Virus record (IMG/VR): IMGVR_UViG_3300020411_003736
Location: 66,381 to 130,380 of that record
Direction: 5' to 3' (one strand)
DNA: 64,000 bases
DNA from: a virus
The notes under the pieces are model-generated. The model did not search any database. It saw only the letters and a program-made list of their open reading frames with translations, and was not told the origin of the DNA. The position numbers and the translations under genes were made by a program. Shown here in pieces: positions 59,466-64,000 of the stretch (positions within the stretch are counted from its first letter, which is position 1; each line of letters begins with the position of its first letter).

Positions 59466-59785
59466 AACCCACTCCTAAGTTCTTTTAATTTATCTTTTTG
59501 TAACTTTACAGATCCATCTATTGTTTCATCTGTATCTAATTTAAAATCTGTTGGTTTTTCAGCAACGATATGTTTCTTTACATTCACGTCTACAACCCCA
59601 ATATCTTTCTTTCTATTTGGCAATTCAACTTCAACTGCAGTTGGTGTTGAAATGGTTTTATAAATTTCTTTAGGTCTTTTCCCATAATGATTCTTTAGTA
59701 ATAAATGTATTATAAATCCTATTTGCCATAAAACTAACGAAATTAATAAATAGTTAAGTAACCATTCTATTAGCAATTCTCTCAT
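59462..59785 (-). CDS. N-terminally membrane-anchored protein with C-terminal VDVxVKK...DKLxxLRSG motif
   Basis: Hydrophobic residues about 4-30; ATGA overlap with the actin gene. Confidence 0.7.
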   Translation of the reverse strand: MRELLIEWLLNYLLISLVLWQIGFIIHLLLKNHYGKRPKEIYKTISTPTAVEVELPNRKKDIGVVDVNVKKHIVAEKPTDFKLDTDETIDGSVKLQKDKLKELRSGL

Positions 59786-61385
59786 ATGTTTCTTGTAACT
59801 TATGTTTCTTTGGTTTCTTTTCCTCTTTTATAGCTCTATATTTTTTGCCATTAATTGTTTTAATTTTTTCTGTACCAGTTCTCATAGGTCCTAATTTATT
59901 GGGATTATCTCCCCAATATGGATTGTCGGCCAACCTAGGTTCTCTCTTTGTAGGTTCTTCAACCCAATTTGTTTTATCAGCACCTCTACCACCATTTGGT
60001 ATAATTATTGCATGACCACTTTCTCCCCACTCTTCTGCGGATGGAACATCTGGATCACCAGGAAATGAAGTAAGAACAGAATGTGACTTCCCATCTTTTA
60101 AATCTTGTTGAACATCAGAATCATTTTTTACCTCATCATCCATAAAATCTGGATTAGATGGTCTAACTACTACATTTAATTGGTCGGTTGCAAATTCTTC
60201 CATATCATTATCCACTATATAAGCATCAACTTCTACCATTTCTCCACGAACTTGCTTCTTAACTTTAATTTTTCTCGCGTTTGGATGGTTCTTTTCAATA
60301 TCAGAAGCCTTTTGTACTAAATTAAATCCAGCGTTTGGAACTGTTGTGGTATGTACTCCACCACCCTTTTCATAAAATTCTTCAGGTATATCACTTATAG
60401 CATTCTCAATATCATCCATTTTAACTTTATCGCTGAAAACAGAACCTTCACCTGGTTTATTATGTCTTTTTATATGTTCTTTAGTGGGATTTGCAAGTAA
60501 TACATTATGACCACCATTACCACCTATTCGATTTGTTGTTTGACGAGGTCCTTTTTCATCGGGTGATTTCGTAGTAATTGTACTACTATTTTTAAACTTT
60601 GCACTTTGCAATCGAGCATAATTAACTGCGTCTGGGCCGAAATCAGATGGTCTAGGTCCTGGACCTCCCATCATATATGGATCATTACCAAACCTTTGGT
60701 GATGTTCTTCTGAAGCTTTTTCATATTTTTTATATGCCTCTTTAGCCTTTTTTAATTCATCTCCTTTCGGAGCTGTTGACCAATCCTTACCATCCCAATA
60801 TCCTTTTTCCTTTTCTTCTTGCTCTTTATCAGCTAGTCTCTTCGCAGCTGCAGCATATCTTTTTTCGGCAGCCTTTTTATCTGCATCTTGTTTTTCTTTT
60901 TCAGCTGCAGCTTTAGCAGCTTTCTCTTCTGCATCCTTTTCCATTCTTTTTTTGAATTTACCACCAGGATCATGACCTGTATGATGGAAATGTCCAAAAG
61001 TGCCAGGTGCATGCCATTTTCCGGAAACAGGATCCTGAACAGCCTGGTTTGCTAGAGATGGTATAGGAGCATCTGATGCGGCCTTACTAGCATCATCATC
61101 ACCACCAAAACCACCACTTGGATCTATTTTGGTTTGTTTTGCGTCAGGCTTTTCTTCAGCATCACCATCAGCTGATGGTTTTTTATCATCTAAACCTGCT
61201 GCTGCAACGGCAGCTTTCTTATAATCACTATCAGGATTACTTGCATAATCCTTAGCAGTATCCATGGATATAGTATGAGTTTTTTCTTCTTCATCATCCT
61301 TCCCCTTATATTTGAAGGTGACGCTATCTTTACCCTTTGGATTATCCGCAGCTTCAGTATATAAAAGTGATTTTAAAAGAATCAT
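59754..61385 (-). CDS. Putative head internal protein with EndoU/RNase-toxin-like domain (543 aa from re-called start)
   Basis: GGAG RBS before ATG at 61385 (MILLKSLLYTEA); HIKRH...GSVF...VLTSFPG. Confidence 0.55.
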   Translation of the reverse strand: MILLKSLLYTEAADNPKGKDSVTFKYKGKDDEEEKTHTISMDTAKDYASNPDSDYKKAAVAAAGLDDKKPSADGDAEEKPDAKQTKIDPSGGFGGDDDASKAASDAPIPSLANQAVQDPVSGKWHAPGTFGHFHHTGHDPGGKFKKRMEKDAEEKAAKAAAEKEKQDADKKAAEKRYAAAAKRLADKEQEEKEKGYWDGKDWSTAPKGDELKKAKEAYKKYEKASEEHHQRFGNDPYMMGGPGPRPSDFGPDAVNYARLQSAKFKNSSTITTKSPDEKGPRQTTNRIGGNGGHNVLLANPTKEHIKRHNKPGEGSVFSDKVKMDDIENAISDIPEEFYEKGGGVHTTTVPNAGFNLVQKASDIEKNHPNARKIKVKKQVRGEMVEVDAYIVDNDMEEFATDQLNVVVRPSNPDFMDDEVKNDSDVQQDLKDGKSHSVLTSFPGDPDVPSAEEWGESGHAIIIPNGGRGADKTNWVEEPTKREPRLADNPYWGDNPNKLGPMRTGTEKIKTINGKKYRAIKEEKKPKKHKLQETYERIANRMVT

Positions 61386-61392
61386 TTTAAAT

Positions 61393-62001
61393 TTACTCCA
61401 TGAAAGATTCGTAAATGGGTCTAGGATCAGCAACTGGCGCATCAGATTTTTTCTTATATGTCTTACCAGCAAATCTCCATCCTACTATTTTTTTACCACC
61501 ATCTTCACTTTTTACAGCCTTAGAAACGGCAGCTCTGCGTCTGTTTAAATATGCATCACTATCATCAACATCACCATCATTATCGACATCATCATCTTCT
61601 TGACCAACAGGATCCAAAGCTTCATCAATATCATAATATCTATTCAATATATTCCCCATATCCTCATAAAGAGCAGAAAGTCTTTGATTTGTATTATGAG
61701 CTTCTACAGCAGTCTTTTTAAATTGACCTGTTAAACCTTTAAGTTCTTTCATATTTCTCTTAACAGAAACAGAATCAAACCAATCATCAGTTTCACTTAA
61801 AATGTGATTTTGTGCAGATTCAGCCATTTGGACAAGTTGTTTAGCAGCTTCCAGAATACCACCACTACTATAAATCTGTTTTCCAACTGTTTGGTAATTT
61901 CTAACAGCTTCAATTACCTCATGTTTGTTTACTTGTGGTTTTTCTTCAACAGCACTTACTGCGATATCTTCAACCATTCCCATTAATTTAATATTTTTCA
62001 T
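61393..62001 (-). CDS. Hypothetical head-region protein
   Basis: Helical; EALDPVG.ED.DVDNDGDVD..D.YL EF-hand-like acidic motif. Confidence 0.65.
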   Translation of the reverse strand: MKNIKLMGMVEDIAVSAVEEKPQVNKHEVIEAVRNYQTVGKQIYSSGGILEAAKQLVQMAESAQNHILSETDDWFDSVSVKRNMKELKGLTGQFKKTAVEAHNTNQRLSALYEDMGNILNRYYDIDEALDPVGQEDDDVDNDGDVDDSDAYLNRRRAAVSKAVKSEDGGKKIVGWRFAGKTYKKKSDAPVADPRPIYESFME

Positions 62002-62780
62002 TATTTATCTCCAAAAAATCTATCGTAATTTTCTTTTAAAAAATGTTTATTAGATTTTTTTGATTCTTTTATTGGTTTGTATTTTTTTCCATTAATTACT
62101 TTAATGTTTTCTGTACCAGTTCTATATTGAGAACCTCTATGCCCGAGAGCACCCATCATCCCACCAGGACCTGGGTGACGACTAGAACTTGATTTAGATG
62201 GTTTATCCAACATATCACTAGCCGTTTTCTTGAAATTTGCTACCTTTTCATCAAAATCATCCCAATTATCGTTATCTCTGGCATCCATATAAGAATCTTC
62301 AATATCAGAATGCATACTCGCTAATTCATCAGTATTTTTTTTACCTAATTTATCTTGATGATTTTCTAACCAATCACCCATTTCATCTGGATCACTAAAC
62401 TGCTCTAACTCATCTTTAGCTTGTTCCTTTTCGGCTGCTTTTTTATCAACTGAAACGGCTCCAGCATCTTTATCATCGCCACCAAAACCACCAGTAGCAC
62501 TTATAGAAGTTTGGTTTGGTTCAGGTTTATCTGGTGCTTCTCCACCTGTGCCACCTGGTTCATTGTCCGCTGCATGACCATATTGGATATAAGCTTTAGC
62601 TTTCTCTTCTGAGTCAAAGTATTCGATTTCACCTTTATGCTTTCCAGCCCAATATCCACCAGATGTTTCATATGGAGTTTTCTCTCCAGGTCTGTCTGAT
62701 ATTTTATCTCGCTTTGCAGTAATTTTAGCATCACTAATAAAAGATTCAGTCATATAGTGTTTGTATGTCGATTTTTTCAT
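62001..62780 (-). CDS. Putative head internal protein, partial paralog of 59754-61385
   Basis: Shares GGFGGDD linker and RTGTE.IK.INGKKY..IKE tail. Confidence 0.6.
   Translation of the reverse strand: MKKSTYKHYMTESFISDAKITAKRDKISDRPGEKTPYETSGGYWAGKHKGEIEYFDSEEKAKAYIQYGHAADNEPGGTGGEAPDKPEPNQTSISATGGFGGDDKDAGAVSVDKKAAEKEQAKDELEQFSDPDEMGDWLENHQDKLGKKNTDELASMHSDIEDSYMDARDNDNWDDFDEKVANFKKTASDMLDKPSKSSSSRHPGPGGMMGALGHRGSQYRTGTENIKVINGKKYKPIKESKKSNKHFLKENYDRFFGDK
62080..62123. repeat. 44-bp direct repeat (second copy 59839-59882)
   Basis: 40/44 identical by manual comparison; encodes RTGTE.IK.INGKKY. Confidence 0.85.
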
Positions 62781-62794
62781 AATTCTTCCTAAAT

Positions 62795-62802
62795 ATAAAT
62801 AT
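62795..62802 (-). promoter_or_regulatory. ATATTTAT late-promoter-like motif
   Basis: 14 nt upstream of the ATG at 62780. Confidence 0.5.
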
Positions 62803-63167
62803 TACCTTCTAAGCTTTCCTTTCTTAGAATACCTTCTAAACCCATCACGAACTTTATTCCATAGCATTTTCATAAATGGTCTTTCACCCTCATGTGTTCT
62901 ATTTTGATATCCAAATTCTATTGCCCTTTGGATATCCAATGCATCATATCTACCACCTTTTACACCATCCATCATAATTTTAATAATTTGATGTGAAGCT
63001 TTACCTAAAATATTTGACATCTTTTTGATATCTTTATCTAAAATAATTCTTGCCTCATCTGAACTAAAAGTTGAAGGTGCTTCATTCACCCCCTTAAATG
63101 CTCTAGCAGGATTATGTTTAGAGATATGACCCATTTGGTCTTTAAGTAAATCTACTAAATTAATCAT
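62802..63167 (-). CDS. Hypothetical head-region protein
   Basis: MINLVDLLK leader, VNEA. Confidence 0.65.
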   Translation of the reverse strand: MINLVDLLKDQMGHISKHNPARAFKGVNEAPSTFSSDEARIILDKDIKKMSNILGKASHQIIKIMMDGVKGGRYDALDIQRAIEFGYQNRTHEGERPFMKMLWNKVRDGFRRYSKKGKLRR

Positions 63168-63439
63168 TTTCCGCTATGTTTTATTTCGGTTTCTAAGAAT
63201 CCCTTTAATACACCTCTTTTATATAAAGCATTATAGGCTGATTCTGGATCACCTTTCTTCATATATTTTGAGACTTCAGCAATATATCTTTTGATACTCC
63301 CTTGCATTTGTTTTCTAGTCATTACACCAAAACCAGGAATCTGAACCTTAGCATCTAAAGGTGTTTCCTTACCCCTTTTCGGTGGTGTGATTTTAGCTTC
63401 TCTCACATACTTTACTAATGACTTTAAACTAATCATCAA
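63164..63439 (-). CDS. Hypothetical head-region protein
   Basis: MISLKSLV..VREA leader. Confidence 0.65.
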   Translation of the reverse strand: MMISLKSLVKYVREAKITPPKRGKETPLDAKVQIPGFGVMTRKQMQGSIKRYIAEVSKYMKKGDPESAYNALYKRGVLKGFLETEIKHSGK

Positions 63440-64000
63440 CTTCTATCTTTTTTACGATACTTATCTCGTATCTTTGTCCAAGTTTTCCAAATGTTGTTCA
63501 TATCTTTAACAGCAGCGTTTAATTTAATAGAAATTTTAGTCATATACTTATTGTATTCTTTTATTGCATCGTTATAATTATTTCTATCATTCCAATCATA
63601 CATATCGGACTCTCTTGGACCATAGTCAATTGGATGTGGATGTCCTTTAGATAATTCTTTAAACTGTAATTTCCAATCTCTTTCTGTAGCATCAGGATCA
63701 GAATGTACCATAAATCCTCTTTTTAATTCTTCATTTATGGATTCTTTTTCTTCTTTAATGGATTCATTTAAATTCTTTTTCATATACTTTAGTTGCAATT
63801 CCATATAATTCGCAACCTCAAGAAAATCCTCTTCATTTTGTTGTCTGTGATATTTCTGTAGATTTTTTACTTCTCTGCCAAGAATTGTAATAAACTTTTT
63901 AGACATATTCCAACCCTTTGGTGATACATCTTCATGTATTGGCTTAGCTTTCTTTTCTTTGAAGGCCTTCATCATCTCTTTTTTATTTTTAAAATAAACT
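63436..64000 (-). CDS. Hypothetical head-region protein, probably 5'-truncated by window
   Basis: Frame is open to the window edge upstream of 63975; many (I/L)xE motifs (IHE, LNE, IKE, INE). Confidence 0.6.
   Translation of the reverse strand, partial: VYFKNKKEMMKAFKEKKAKPIHEDVSPKGWNMSKKFITILGREVKNLQKYHRQQNEEDFLEVANYMELQLKYMKKNLNESIKEEKESINEELKRGFMVHSDPDATERDWKLQFKELSKGHPHPIDYGPRESDMYDWNDRNNYNDAIKEYNKYMTKISIKLNAAVKDMNNIWKTWTKIRDKYRKKDRS

Noticed and set aside
61386-61472. Track start of the 572 aa ORF at 61472
   Set aside because: Overlaps the upstream gene by 80 nt; the ATG at 61385 has a GGAG RBS and the shared MIxL leader
234-61986. All plus-strand ORFs in the track (e.g. 46075-47691, 57074-57682, 23020-23382)
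   Set aside because: Antisense shadows of well-supported minus-strand genes, with no motifs or RBS; expected from codon bias
16545-62734. Short alternative-frame minus-strand ORFs nested in real genes (16545, 16829, 24760, 27646, 28159, 34827, 57004, 62501)
   Set aside because: Almost wholly overlap conserved genes and show no recognisable features
1-64000. Stop-codon reassignment, inteins/introns, tRNAs, IS elements
   Set aside because: Genes are full-length and tightly packed in the standard code; Pol, helicase, RNR and UvsX have normal lengths; no tRNA or transposase was recognisable by eye

Overview
64 kb segment of a large, AT-rich T4-like (Far-T4-type) myophage, with every credible gene on the minus strand. 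In transcription order (high to low coordinates) it holds four modules. (1) Head: probable internal proteins, a membrane-anchored small protein, an actin-fold ATPase resembling archaeal volactin/MamK, ribosomal protein bS21, scaffold and major capsid. (2) Neck and tail: gp13/14/15/18/19, a tail chaperone with a likely programmed +1/-2 frameshift, tape measure and baseplate. (3) Replication: minimal PolA, gp32, UvsX, RNase H, gp41, two Mom-like modifiers, class II RNR, PolB, clamp and clamp loaders, interrupted by a full TonB-dependent receptor with a pseudoknotted leader. (4) A ~16 kb glycan and nonulosonic-acid biosynthesis island. The best candidate for a new system is the phage actin plus two proteins (one membrane-anchored, one in the neck operon) that share a C-terminal motif. 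All assignments come from motif recognition and synteny; no database searches were run.
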